This document shows, in pieces, positions 1 to 9,284 of a DNA stretch of 64,000 bases. The notes under the pieces were generated by a model. It was not told the DNA's origin. It worked only from the letters and a program-made list of their open reading frames with translations, and did not search any database. The first letter of the stretch is position 1; every line of letters begins with the position of its first letter. The position numbers and the translations under genes are program-made. This DNA is from an uncultured Gemmatimonadales bacterium (GTDB lineage: Bacteria > Gemmatimonadota > Gemmatimonadetes > Gemmatimonadales > GWC2-71-9), in contig CAWCFX010000006.1 in NCBI GenBank assembly GCA_963795085.1, forward strand, positions 32,001-96,000, written 5' to 3'.

Positions 1-880
1 GATCCCGCTGGCGGTGGCCCGGCCGGGGTCCAGCTTCCCGCCCGCGCTGCAGACGGTGATGGACCGGGCGCTGGCCCGCTGGCCCCAGGACCGCTACTCC
101 ACCGCGGCCGAGTTCGCGGCCGATGCGGCCCGTGCCATCGAGGGCCTCAAGGCCGCGGCCGCCACAGCCACCGAAGCCAAGACCCAGGTGGTGCGGCCCT
201 CCGACCTGACCAACGCCCGCACCGCGGCCATCCCGGCGACCCGGGTCAGCTCGCCCCAGAAGGAGCGGAAGGTGAGCCCGGTGATGATCGGCGCCGGCGT
301 GGTGGTGCTGGCGCTGGCCGGCGGCGGGTTCGTGATGCGGGATACCTTGTTCGGCGGGGTCCCCGCTTCCCCGGCGGGCGATTCCACCAGCCTGATGGCG
401 GGAACCCCGGGCGATTCGGTGCAGCCCCTCTCCAACCCCGGGTCGGATTCGGCGGGGGGGACCCGCACCAATCCCGGGGACACGGCGGTTCGCCAGGTGG
501 GAACCCAGCCCCCGCCGCGGACCCCCAACACCCAGGCACAGACGCAGAACCCCGCCGATACGGGCCGGGCTCCCGTGAACAACCCGCCCGCCCTCGACCT
601 GGCCGCGCTGCGAACCGAGCTGACCCAGTTGGAGGATGATGCGATCGAGGCCGCCGGCCGGCGGCCCGCAATCCGAACGAGGGCGGAAGAAATCTACCGG
701 GACCGGGACGTGCCCAGCGTATTGCGCGGCCGGGCGGCATTCGCGATCTATCTGACCTACTTCAATTCAAGCCGGTTTCCCGAGGCGCGCACCTGGCTGG
801 ACCACGCCCTGAGCATGAATCCCGGAAACTCGGCATATTCTCGGGCCGACGATGGACTCAAAGCAGTCTATAACCCCTGA
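1..880 (+). CDS. Ser/Thr protein kinase, 3' part (end of kinase domain, TM helix, Pro/Thr-rich linker, TPR-like C-terminal helices); 5' end outside window
   Basis: PPALQTVMDRALARWPQDRY resembles Hanks kinase subdomain XI; TM VMIGAGVVVLALAGGGFVM; directly upstream of PP2C. Confidence 0.8.
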   Translation, partial: IPLAVARPGSSFPPALQTVMDRALARWPQDRYSTAAEFAADAARAIEGLKAAAATATEAKTQVVRPSDLTNARTAAIPATRVSSPQKERKVSPVMIGAGVVVLALAGGGFVMRDTLFGGVPASPAGDSTSLMAGTPGDSVQPLSNPGSDSAGGTRTNPGDTAVRQVGTQPPPRTPNTQAQTQNPADTGRAPVNNPPALDLAALRTELTQLEDDAIEAAGRRPAIRTRAEEIYRDRDVPSVLRGRAAFAIYLTYFNSSRFPEARTWLDHALSMNPGNSAYSRADDGLKAVYNP

Positions 881-890
881 TGAGGACCAC

Positions 891-1904
891 GTGCCCAACG
901 GCCCCGTCCGCGTAACCGTCTTCGGCAAGACCGACCTTGGCCGCACCCGCGACCACAACGAGGACACTTTCCTCGTGGCCGACCTGACCCAGGGGAACGC
1001 CAGCCTGCAGCCCGAGGTGCGGGATCACGTGGTGGGCCCGCGCGGCTCCCTCTTCATGGTGGCCGACGGCATGGGCGGCGCCGCCGCCGGCGAGGTGGCC
1101 AGCGCCATGGCCACGGATGTTATCCTCACCCACCTCCGGGAGACCTGGGCCAAGGATCCCGATGCGACTTCCCAGCGCTTCGCGTTCCGGCTCAAGGAAG
1201 CGGTGGAGCTGGCCAACGCCAAGATCCACGCCCACTCGAAAGAACATCCCGAAGTCCGCGGCATGGGGACCACCGTGACGGTGGCCGGCATCCTGAACCA
1301 CGAGCTCTACCTGGCCCAGGTGGGGGACAGCCGGGCCTATCTCATCCGCCGGGGCCAGGCCATCCAGCTCACCAAGGACCAGTCGCTGATGCAGCGGCTG
1401 GTGGAAGCCGGGGAACTGACCGAGGAAGAGGCCGAACAGAGCGAGCGGCGCAATATCATCCTGCAGGCGCTGGGACCGGAGGCCAGGGTCAAGGTGGACC
1501 TCACCTACCAGCCGCTCTCCCAGGGCGACACCGTGGTGCTTTGCAGCGACGGGCTCTCCGGCCAGGTGAAGAAGGACGAGATCGCCGAGCTGGTGCGGAG
1601 CAACACCGACCTGGTGAGCCTCTGTTCCCGGCTGATCGATACGGCCAACAGCCGGGGCGGCCCCGACAATATTACCGCCGTGGTGGCGCGGTTCGAGGGC
1701 GACGGACTCAACGATCCCCGCACCGCCGACGAGGTGGGCTACCAGGTCTATCCCCTGAGCGAGGGCGAGGCCACCACCCAGCCGGTGCCGATCTACACCG
1801 GGAGTCCGGCCCCGGTCTCCCAGAAGCACCAGAAACGCCTGCTGCTCCTCGCGGTGGTGGGCGGACTGCTGGCCCTCGCGGCCTTTCTGCTGCTGAACCG
1901 GTGA
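891..1904 (+). CDS. PP2C-family Ser/Thr phosphatase (Stp1/PstP-like) with C-terminal TM anchor; start probably GTG 891
   Basis: TDLGRTRDHNED, VADGMGG, GMGTT, QVGDSRAY, LCSDGL, GGPDNIT motifs. Confidence 0.92.
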   Translation: MPNGPVRVTVFGKTDLGRTRDHNEDTFLVADLTQGNASLQPEVRDHVVGPRGSLFMVADGMGGAAAGEVASAMATDVILTHLRETWAKDPDATSQRFAFRLKEAVELANAKIHAHSKEHPEVRGMGTTVTVAGILNHELYLAQVGDSRAYLIRRGQAIQLTKDQSLMQRLVEAGELTEEEAEQSERRNIILQALGPEARVKVDLTYQPLSQGDTVVLCSDGLSGQVKKDEIAELVRSNTDLVSLCSRLIDTANSRGGPDNITAVVARFEGDGLNDPRTADEVGYQVYPLSEGEATTQPVPIYTGSPAPVSQKHQKRLLLLAVVGGLLALAAFLLLNR

Positions 1905-3310
1905 GAATCGCCTTTACCTTCGGCGGCGGCGCCCGGGCGGGCCACACCGAAGAGTTCAGCCAGCCCTTCGTGCAGATCGGCCGGCACCCCCACTGCGACC
2001 TCCGCTTCGATCCCGACCGGGATCTCGACGTCTCCAGCCGCCACGCCACCGTGCTGCTGCAGGGCGAGATGTTCACCCTCCGCGACCTGGGCAGCACCAA
2101 CGGCACCTTCCTGAACGGGAAGCGGATCACCGCCGACCATGTCATCACCAGCGGCGACGAGATCCAGTTCGGCAAGCAGGGTCCCCGCGTCACGGTGCAG
2201 GTCCTCCGGCAGCAGCGCACCGGAGCGGGGCAGACGCTGCCGGAGCCGGCGGTGGAAACCCCGGCCCCGCCGGCCCCCAGGATCGAGCGGTCGGTGCGGC
2301 GCACCCCGCCGGGCCAGACCACGACCCGCATCAAGGTGGAAGTGGCCCGGCAGACCGCGACCCTGCGGCGGACCACGGTTATCCTGCTGGGGCTGCTCTT
2401 CGTGCTGGCGGCGGCCTATCTCTGGCAGAGCATCACCGCCTCCCGGCGGATCGACCAGGAACGGGCCGACCTGCTCCGCATGGCCGACAGCCTCGCCGCG
2501 GCCTACCAGGCGGTGCAGGCCAACGTAGCCTCGCTGCAGGGCGCTCTCGACTCGGCGCAGGCGGAGACCGCGCGGCTCCGGGCCCGGATCGGCCAGGGCG
2601 GGGACGCCTCCGAGTTGAGCGAGCTGCGGGCCCAGCTGCAGCTCGCCCAGCGGCGGCAGGCCAGCATCTCGGTGGCCGCCTCCTTCGACCCCGCCCCCAT
2701 CAACCGGGCCAACCGGGACGGCATCGCGGTCGTCATCGTGGAGTTCAACGACGGCAGCGTCCGCACCGGGTCGGGATTCGCGGTGCGCTCGGCCAACGAC
2801 CAGGTCCTGCTGCTGACCAACCGCCACGTGGTGACCGGCCCCGACGGCAACCCGCCCCGGCGGATCGGCGCGATCTTCAACGGGTCCAGCCAGAACTTCC
2901 CCACCACCCTGGTGGCCACCCACCCCGATGCGCGGGTGGACGTCGCCCTCCTCAACGTGCCGCTCCGGGGCGGCGTGGAGACGGTCATCTCCATCGCCGC
3001 CACCGTGGTGCCCGAGGAAGGCGACCCGGTGGCGATCATCGGGTTCCCGCTCGGGCTCGACATGGCGATGGGCGGCGAATGGCAGCGGGTGGGGGTGTCC
3101 ACGTCACTCAATACCGGGACCATGAGCAAGGTGCTCGACAACCAGCTGGTCCTGACCGGCTACGGCGCGGCCGGAATGAGCGGCAGCCCGATCTTCAATG
3201 CCCGGGGCCAGGTGATCGGGATCGTGTACGGCGGCCAGCGGGACAGCCAGGGCCGGGTGGTGCTGGGCGTGCCAATCCGGTTTGCGCGGGAGGTGCTGGC
3301 CGGGAGGTAG
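1901..3310 (+). CDS. FHA domain + TM + coiled coil + trypsin-like serine protease
   Basis: FHA motifs IGRH, VSSRHA, DLGSTNGTFLNG; protease triad TNRHVV / DVALL / GMSGSP; GTG start overlaps the PP2C stop. Confidence 0.88.
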   Translation: MRIAFTFGGGARAGHTEEFSQPFVQIGRHPHCDLRFDPDRDLDVSSRHATVLLQGEMFTLRDLGSTNGTFLNGKRITADHVITSGDEIQFGKQGPRVTVQVLRQQRTGAGQTLPEPAVETPAPPAPRIERSVRRTPPGQTTTRIKVEVARQTATLRRTTVILLGLLFVLAAAYLWQSITASRRIDQERADLLRMADSLAAAYQAVQANVASLQGALDSAQAETARLRARIGQGGDASELSELRAQLQLAQRRQASISVAASFDPAPINRANRDGIAVVIVEFNDGSVRTGSGFAVRSANDQVLLLTNRHVVTGPDGNPPRRIGAIFNGSSQNFPTTLVATHPDARVDVALLNVPLRGGVETVISIAATVVPEEGDPVAIIGFPLGLDMAMGGEWQRVGVSTSLNTGTMSKVLDNQLVLTGYGAAGMSGSPIFNARGQVIGIVYGGQRDSQGRVVLGVPIRFAREVLAGR

Positions 3311-3347
3311 CGGGTTTGCGTGCAGCCAGGTCGTCCAGGCCTGGAGG

Positions 3348-3890
3348 TTCGAGGCGCCTTAACGCCGAGAACTCAAGTGGCGATCGAGTTACCGTGGCTC
3401 ACCCATCGTTAGGGACCGCGGCAGATCTGGGGACGGCGGGCGGAGTGGAAACCACCGGTCCTTGGTAGTTATTGACTCTCCTGACAATCCCATTCTTAAG
3501 CATGACCTCGTGAAAATTAATAAGTAATCCTACCTGACGACCGCTGAGGCGCAGGTGTGAGAGAAGCTGTGCCTTGTGAACCGGGAGGATCTTCTCCTGT
3601 GCCTTGATCTCAACGATAACCTGATCCGCGACCAGCAGGTCTATCCGATACCCTATCTCAAGCCTGACGCCGTCATACACAAGGGGAAGGCCGACCTGAC
3701 GGGCAACCGCTAGGTCCGCTTTCTCCAGTTCGTGAACGAGGCATGCTTCGTAGGAATTCTCCAGCACTCCGGGACCCAGCCTGGAATGGACCCGAATAGC
3801 ACACCCAATAATCGTGGTCGTGATTTCATCTGGCTCCATCCTGCGTTCTCTGTCTGGCATTCTGCGTGCCCTGCGTTAGAGCGCCTCGAA
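3348..3890. repeat. Imperfect inverted repeats flanking the GxxExxY gene
   Basis: TTCGAGGCGCCTTAACGC (3348-3365) vs reverse complement of 3873-3890, TTCGAGGCGCTCTAACGC: 16/18 identical. Confidence 0.75.
3399..3839 (-). CDS. GxxExxY protein (PD-(D/E)XK-like family)
   Basis: GPGVLENSYE motif, RIDLLVADQVIVEIKA, AQLLSHL, GLLINF; visibly AT-richer than flanks. Confidence 0.9.
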   Translation of the reverse strand: MEPDEITTTIIGCAIRVHSRLGPGVLENSYEACLVHELEKADLAVARQVGLPLVYDGVRLEIGYRIDLLVADQVIVEIKAQEKILPVHKAQLLSHLRLSGRQVGLLINFHEVMLKNGIVRRVNNYQGPVVSTPPAVPRSAAVPNDG

Positions 3891-3966
3891 ACCCGACACA
3901 CTCTAGGTGCCAGCCGCGCGGACACTACTATCGGAAAAATGAGAGCCGGCCCGAATTCACGCGAAC

Positions 3967-5592
3967 CTATTTCAGCAGCACCCAGCCCAACCCCAGCATC
4001 CCCCCCAGAATCACCACCACCCACACCAGCCACCGCCCCCCGTCCCGCGCCAGGTTGTCCAGCGGCGTGAGCCCGGTGCGTTCCCGCACCGGTCGCCACC
4101 ACCCTCCGGGCCGGATCCGGGCATAGAACCGGTCCAGCACCGCCTCCCGCTCCGGCCGCGTCAGGAAGGTCACCGGCAGCCAGATCGCCATGGTCCCGAA
4201 GGTGGTGAACGAAAGCCGCAGGCCCCAGCTCCACGGGTGCAGGCTCGCATATATCGCCAGCACCACGCCCACCAGCATCGCCACGATCTCGGTCCACGCG
4301 TTGATCCGCCACCAGAACCAGCGCAGCAGCAGCACGATGCCGGTCCCGCTTCCGATCAGCACCAGGAACCGGAACACCTGGCCCACGCTCTCCATGAAGA
4401 ACGAGAGCGCCGCCGCGGCCAGGGTGATGCCGACCGAGGCCCAGCGCGCCGCCCGGAGCAGGCGGACTTCATCCTTTTCGCCGGTGAACCGCCCGTAGAG
4501 ATCATGGACGAGATAGCTGGCGCCCCAGTTCACCTGGGTGGACACGGTGGACATGAACGCAGCCACCAGGCTCGCGAAGACCAGGCCGAGGAGTCCGGCG
4601 GGAAGGTAGCGCACCATCATGAGGGGGTAGGCCATCTCCGGGTCTTCCAGCCCGGGCATGACCAGCAGGGCGGCGAGGCCCACCAGCACCCAGGGCCAGG
4701 TTCGTACGACGTAGTTGAGGATGTTGAACGCGTGGGCCGCCTTGGCCGCCTCCTTCTCGTTGGCGGTGGAGGCCAGCCGCTGCACGAACATGCCGCCGCC
4801 GTCACTGTTCCGGTACGCCCACCACTGGACCCCGATGTAGCCCAGGAAGGTGAGCATGGGGACCATCGCCTCGGGCCCGGTCGGCACCAGGTCCAGCCGG
4901 GCGCCCTCTCCCTGGGCCCGGAGGGCGTCGGTCATCGCCCCGAGCCCGCCCACTTCGTTCAGGGCATACACCATCACGATGAGCGCACCCGCCATGGCCA
5001 GGATGTACTGGATGAAATCGGTCGCCACCACGCCCCAGAGCCCGGACGCCGCGGTATAGATGAGGGTGATCAACACGATGGGGAGAATGGCCCAGAGCCG
5101 GGGGTCGCCGGGCAGCGCCGGCAGGCTGTCCAGGATGCCCAGTGCCAGGACCACTTTGCGCATGGCCAGCATGCCATAGCCGATGCCGATGCAGTTGAGC
5201 GGCACCGCCAGCAGGAAGGCCCGGCTGGCGCGCAGCACCGCGGCGGGGCGCCCGCCATACCGCAGCTCGGTGAACTCCATGTCGGTCAGCACCTGGGCCC
5301 GCCGCCACAGCTTGGCCAGCAGCACCGCGAGCAGCACGTGGGCAAAGGCGAAGCTCCACCACTCCCAGTTGCCCGCGACCCCCGCCTGCGCCACCCGCCC
5401 CGCGATGTAGAGCGGGGTGTCCACGTTGAAGGTGGCCGCCGCCATGGACGTCGCCGCCAGCCACCACGGGATCGCCCGGCCGCCCACGAAAAACTCGGCC
5501 AGGTTGCGGCTGCCCCGCCGGGCCACGTACAGCCCGAGGAACAGCGACCCGCCGAGGTAGAGCGCGACGATCAGCCAGTCGAGGAGAGCCAT
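3967..5592 (-). CDS. Sodium:solute symporter (SSS) family transporter
   Basis: FFVGGRAIPWW, GLWGVVATDFIQ, GLLGLVFASLVAAFMST; many TM helices. Confidence 0.9.
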   Translation of the reverse strand: MALLDWLIVALYLGGSLFLGLYVARRGSRNLAEFFVGGRAIPWWLAATSMAAATFNVDTPLYIAGRVAQAGVAGNWEWWSFAFAHVLLAVLLAKLWRRAQVLTDMEFTELRYGGRPAAVLRASRAFLLAVPLNCIGIGYGMLAMRKVVLALGILDSLPALPGDPRLWAILPIVLITLIYTAASGLWGVVATDFIQYILAMAGALIVMVYALNEVGGLGAMTDALRAQGEGARLDLVPTGPEAMVPMLTFLGYIGVQWWAYRNSDGGGMFVQRLASTANEKEAAKAAHAFNILNYVVRTWPWVLVGLAALLVMPGLEDPEMAYPLMMVRYLPAGLLGLVFASLVAAFMSTVSTQVNWGASYLVHDLYGRFTGEKDEVRLLRAARWASVGITLAAAALSFFMESVGQVFRFLVLIGSGTGIVLLLRWFWWRINAWTEIVAMLVGVVLAIYASLHPWSWGLRLSFTTFGTMAIWLPVTFLTRPEREAVLDRFYARIRPGGWWRPVRERTGLTPLDNLARDGGRWLVWVVVILGGMLGLGWVLLK

Positions 5593-5664
5593 CAGCGGTT
5601 AACCATCAGTCCATCATCGCCCGGTGCAGGTGCGGAGGGACACGCCGACATTCGCGCATGCTGG

Positions 5665-7098
5665 CTAGTGCCCCGCCAGTAATTCCCGGCACATCCCGGC
5701 CACCGCCGCCTGCATCAGCCGCTGCCGGTGCCAGGCCCCCAGGATCGGTGCCGCGCCGGGAATGGTGCCGGCCAGGCGAGGGTGGCCGAAGAGAACCACC
5801 AGTCCCGCGCCGGGGACCGCCTCCGCGATCCGGCGCTGCGCCGCCTCGCTCAAGCCCGCGCGCGACTTCCAGCCCCGTGGCTCCGCGAAGATCAGCACGA
5901 CCCGGGTACCGCCCTTTTCCAGCCTGACCCCCGCCTCCAGCAGCATCCCGGGGACCAGCACCTCCGGGCTCGGCGCATACGGCCCGCCGATATCGTCGTC
6001 AATGAGGACCAGTTCGAGCGGGGCCGAAAGGGAAGGCCGGGCGCCCCGGAGCCACCCGTCCTGCAGCAGTCGCCGCGCGATGCCGGCGGAGTCGCCGGTG
6101 GGCGGCGCACCCTCCACTGGACGATGGGCCTGTACCAGCGCCGCATCGTACCGGGCCAGGGACGCGATCACCCGCTCCGGCGCCAGCAGCCCTGCTTCCA
6201 CGTCGCGGCGAAGCCCCGCTACCACCTCCGCGGTGTCCCGCGGATAGAGCAGCAGGTCCACGCCGGCCCGCACGATTTCGCCCGCTGCCTCCGCTTCCCG
6301 CCCCCGCCGGGCGCCTTCCATGATCATCGCATCGGTCACGACCAGGCCGTCGAAGCCGGTGGCGCGGAGCCGGGCCAGGAGGGGGGCGGAGAACGTCGCG
6401 GGGAGCCCGGAACGGTCCAGCGCCGGAAAACTGACATGGGCGGTCATGATGGACGCGACACCGGCTTCGATGGCCGCGCGGAAAGGAATTTCGTCCAGGA
6501 CCATCTGGTCGGGCGGTGCCTCCACCCGCGGCAGCCCGGCGTGCGAATCGGTGGTGGTACGGCCGTGCCCGGGATAATGCTTGGCGCAGGCCAGCGCGCC
6601 CGCCGCCTGGCAGCTGGTTACCCAGGTCTTGACCCATTTCGCCACCAGCCAGGGATCCGCCCCGAAAGACCGGCTCTGGACAATGGGATTCTCGGGCTCG
6701 AGGTCGAGATCCGCCACCGGCGCAAAGACCCAGTTGATGCCGATTTTCCGCGATTCGGCGGCGGTCGTGGCCGCCGCGGCCCGGATGACATCGGCATCAC
6801 CCAGCGAGCCCAGCGCGCCGGGCGGAGGAAACTCGGTGAGGCCTTCTACCTGCTGGCCGGCACCGCGCTCCAGGTCGGCGCCCACCAGCAGCGCCCGGCC
6901 GGCATGGGCCGCTGCGCCGGAGACGAACCGCTCGACCCCCACCGGCGTGCCGCCGAAGAGAATGAAGCCGCCCACCCCCAGGTCGAGCGCCGACCGGGCC
7001 GCGTCCCACTCGTGGGAGAAACCGCTGCCCTCGCGCCAGCGCACCGCGGGCAGCACCAGGCGGGCGACCTCGGTGGAGCGGGTTGGGGAGGAAGTCAC
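5665..7098 (-). CDS. nagZ: GH3 beta-N-acetylglucosaminidase (NagZ-like)
   Basis: DLERG, RSFG, KHYPGHGRTTTDSH (NagZ-type signature), VTDAM; GTG start overlaps anmK stop. Confidence 0.82.
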   Translation of the reverse strand: MTSSPTRSTEVARLVLPAVRWREGSGFSHEWDAARSALDLGVGGFILFGGTPVGVERFVSGAAAHAGRALLVGADLERGAGQQVEGLTEFPPPGALGSLGDADVIRAAAATTAAESRKIGINWVFAPVADLDLEPENPIVQSRSFGADPWLVAKWVKTWVTSCQAAGALACAKHYPGHGRTTTDSHAGLPRVEAPPDQMVLDEIPFRAAIEAGVASIMTAHVSFPALDRSGLPATFSAPLLARLRATGFDGLVVTDAMIMEGARRGREAEAAGEIVRAGVDLLLYPRDTAEVVAGLRRDVEAGLLAPERVIASLARYDAALVQAHRPVEGAPPTGDSAGIARRLLQDGWLRGARPSLSAPLELVLIDDDIGGPYAPSPEVLVPGMLLEAGVRLEKGGTRVVLIFAEPRGWKSRAGLSEAAQRRIAEAVPGAGLVVLFGHPRLAGTIPGAAPILGAWHRQRLMQAAVAGMCRELLAGH

Positions 7099-8216
7099 GC
7101 CGGCGTCACCGAGCCCAGCAGGCGGAAACCGCGGGCCCCGGTTGCCGCGGGAAGGTTCCCGGGCTGACCGTCCAGCACCAGGTAACCGAGCAGCGCAAAG
7201 GCGACGGCTTCCTTGGCGTCGCCGTCGAAGTGCACCTCGTCGAAGCGCTTGAGATCGGCGGGCTTTCCCCACAGCCCGCCGAGGTGGCGGCGCAGCGCCT
7301 CCATCAGGACCGGGTGATGGCATCCGCCCCCGGATACCACGACCTCCGGCGTGCCCGGCACCCAGCGGGCGATGGCATCGCCCACGCTGCGCGCGGTCAG
7401 CTCGACGGCCGTGGCGACGCCGCTGGGGCCGGGCACCCGGGCATAGAGCATCCGGGCAAAGGGCTGGCCGAACCGTTCCCGCCCGGTGCTCTTGGGCGGA
7501 GGCGCCGCGAAGAATGAATCGGAGAGCAGCGACCGGAGCACCGTTTCGTCCGGGGTGCCTCGGCTGCTGAGATAGCCGTCAGTGTCGTAGGGCAGGCTGG
7601 GGTCGGCCTGCCGGGCCATGTCGTCGATGACCGACATGCCGGGGCCAATATCGAAAGCAAAGGCGCCTTCCAGCCGCCCTCGCTGCTCGACATAGGTGAG
7701 ATTGGCCATGCCGCCGAGATTGAGCAGGACGCGAGCATGGTCGGGAGCGCCGAAAAGCAGCACATCGGCCATCGGCACCAGCGGTGCCCCCTGCCCGCCT
7801 GCGGCCACATCGCGGGCGCGAAAGCCGCTCACCACCCGGACCCCGAAGCGCTCCGCCAGCAGCGCGGGTTCGCCCAGCTGCCAGGTCACCAGGGGCGGCT
7901 CGTGCCAGACGGTCTGCCCGGAATAGGCAATAAAGGAAAGCTCGGCCGGCCGGAGCCCTCCCTCGGCCAGCACCATCTCCACCGCCTGCGCCGCCCACTC
8001 GGCAAGGTGGACACCCAGCAGCGCGAACTCCCGGGCCGGCAGGGCGCCGGCCAGCGCGTGCTGGATCTCCTCTCGCTCCGCCGATGAATAGGGGCGGCAC
8101 ACATACTTCACCAGTTCACAATTGCCCGCGCCCTCGATTCGCACCAGCGCGGCGTCCACCCCGTCGATGGACGTCCCCGACATGAGACCAACGGCCAGGA
8201 CCGGTCGGCCGCTCAC
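7095..8216 (-). CDS. anmK: Anhydro-N-acetylmuramic acid kinase
   Basis: GLMSGTSIDGVD, DVAAGGQGAPLVP, NLGGMAN, PKSTGRE, KEAVAFA. Confidence 0.95.
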   Translation of the reverse strand: MSGRPVLAVGLMSGTSIDGVDAALVRIEGAGNCELVKYVCRPYSSAEREEIQHALAGALPAREFALLGVHLAEWAAQAVEMVLAEGGLRPAELSFIAYSGQTVWHEPPLVTWQLGEPALLAERFGVRVVSGFRARDVAAGGQGAPLVPMADVLLFGAPDHARVLLNLGGMANLTYVEQRGRLEGAFAFDIGPGMSVIDDMARQADPSLPYDTDGYLSSRGTPDETVLRSLLSDSFFAAPPPKSTGRERFGQPFARMLYARVPGPSGVATAVELTARSVGDAIARWVPGTPEVVVSGGGCHHPVLMEALRRHLGGLWGKPADLKRFDEVHFDGDAKEAVAFALLGYLVLDGQPGNLPAATGARGFRLLGSVTPA

Positions 8217-9133
8217 GGGGTCGTCCGGGGTTGCGGCGGGTCCCCTACCACCGGGCGGAGCCGCCCGTCATGCTCGGCCAGCAGCCGCTCCGCCTCTCCT
8301 TTCGGGACGCCTTTCCGGACCATCACGATCGCCAGCTTCACGCTGCCCCCGGCCCGCTCGATTGCCTGGCGTGCCGCCTCCCGGTCCACGCCGGCGGTTT
8401 CCATCACGATGCGCTGCCCCCGGTCCACCAGCTTCTCGCTCCAGGCCTGGAGATCCACCATGAGGTTCCCGTACACCTTCCCCAGCCGGATCATGGCGCC
8501 GGTGGTGAGCATGTTGAGCGCCAGCTTGGTGGCGGTCCCCGCCTTCATCCGGGTGGACCCGGTGACCACCTCGGGCCCGACAAGGAGGGTGATGCAGACG
8601 TCGCAGGTCTCCCGGAGCAGCGCTGGCGGCTCGCTGCAGGAGATGAAGACGGTACCGGCTCCCAGCGCCTGGGCCCGGCCCAGCGCGGCCCGTACATACG
8701 GCGTGGTTCCGCTGGCCGCGATACCCACCACCACGTCGTCGGACGACACCCTTCGGCCGTCCATCTCGGCAATGCCCGCATTCACATCGTCCTCGGCGCC
8801 TTCGGCCGGCTTGACCAGCGCCGGGAGTCCGCCGGCGATGATGCCGACGACCATCTCCGGCGGGGTCCGGAAGGTGGGTGGGCACTCGGACGCATCGAGG
8901 ACGCCGAGGCGCCCGCTGGTGCCGGCGCCGACATACAACAGGCGGCCGCCCCGCCGGAACGCCTGCTCGATCAAATCGATCGCGCCGGCAATCTCCACCC
9001 GGGCCCGGGCCACCGCGGCCGGGACCAGGGCGTCTTCCGCCGCGATGATATCCACGATCTCCAGGGCCGACCGGCGGTCAATGTCGCTGCTGGCGGGATT
9101 GCGCTGCTCGGTCAGCCGGGAATCCAGTTGCAT
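8213..9133 (-). CDS. murQ: N-acetylmuramic acid 6-phosphate etherase
   Basis: TEQRNP, GAGTSGRLGVLDASECPPTF, GPEVVTGSTRMKAGTA, GKVYGNLMVD. Confidence 0.96.
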   Translation of the reverse strand: MQLDSRLTEQRNPASSDIDRRSALEIVDIIAAEDALVPAAVARARVEIAGAIDLIEQAFRRGGRLLYVGAGTSGRLGVLDASECPPTFRTPPEMVVGIIAGGLPALVKPAEGAEDDVNAGIAEMDGRRVSSDDVVVGIAASGTTPYVRAALGRAQALGAGTVFISCSEPPALLRETCDVCITLLVGPEVVTGSTRMKAGTATKLALNMLTTGAMIRLGKVYGNLMVDLQAWSEKLVDRGQRIVMETAGVDREAARQAIERAGGSVKLAIVMVRKGVPKGEAERLLAEHDGRLRPVVGDPPQPRTTP

Positions 9134-9284
9134 GCGGGCCGGGGAAACGGTGGGAAGGCAGTGGGCAAGGGTCGGGGTCGGGGCGGAGCCTCGGGTGCAA
9201 GTCCCCCCTGCCCCTCGGCCCCCGGGTTTCGTAAATTGAATCCCGTCCCCCCCAGCACGGCAACCTTTCCCCCGCGAGGAATGC

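Noticed and set aside
3348..3890. Classical IS element
   Set aside because: No DDE/HUH transposase motifs and no target-site duplication; kept only as an IR-bounded cassette hypothesis
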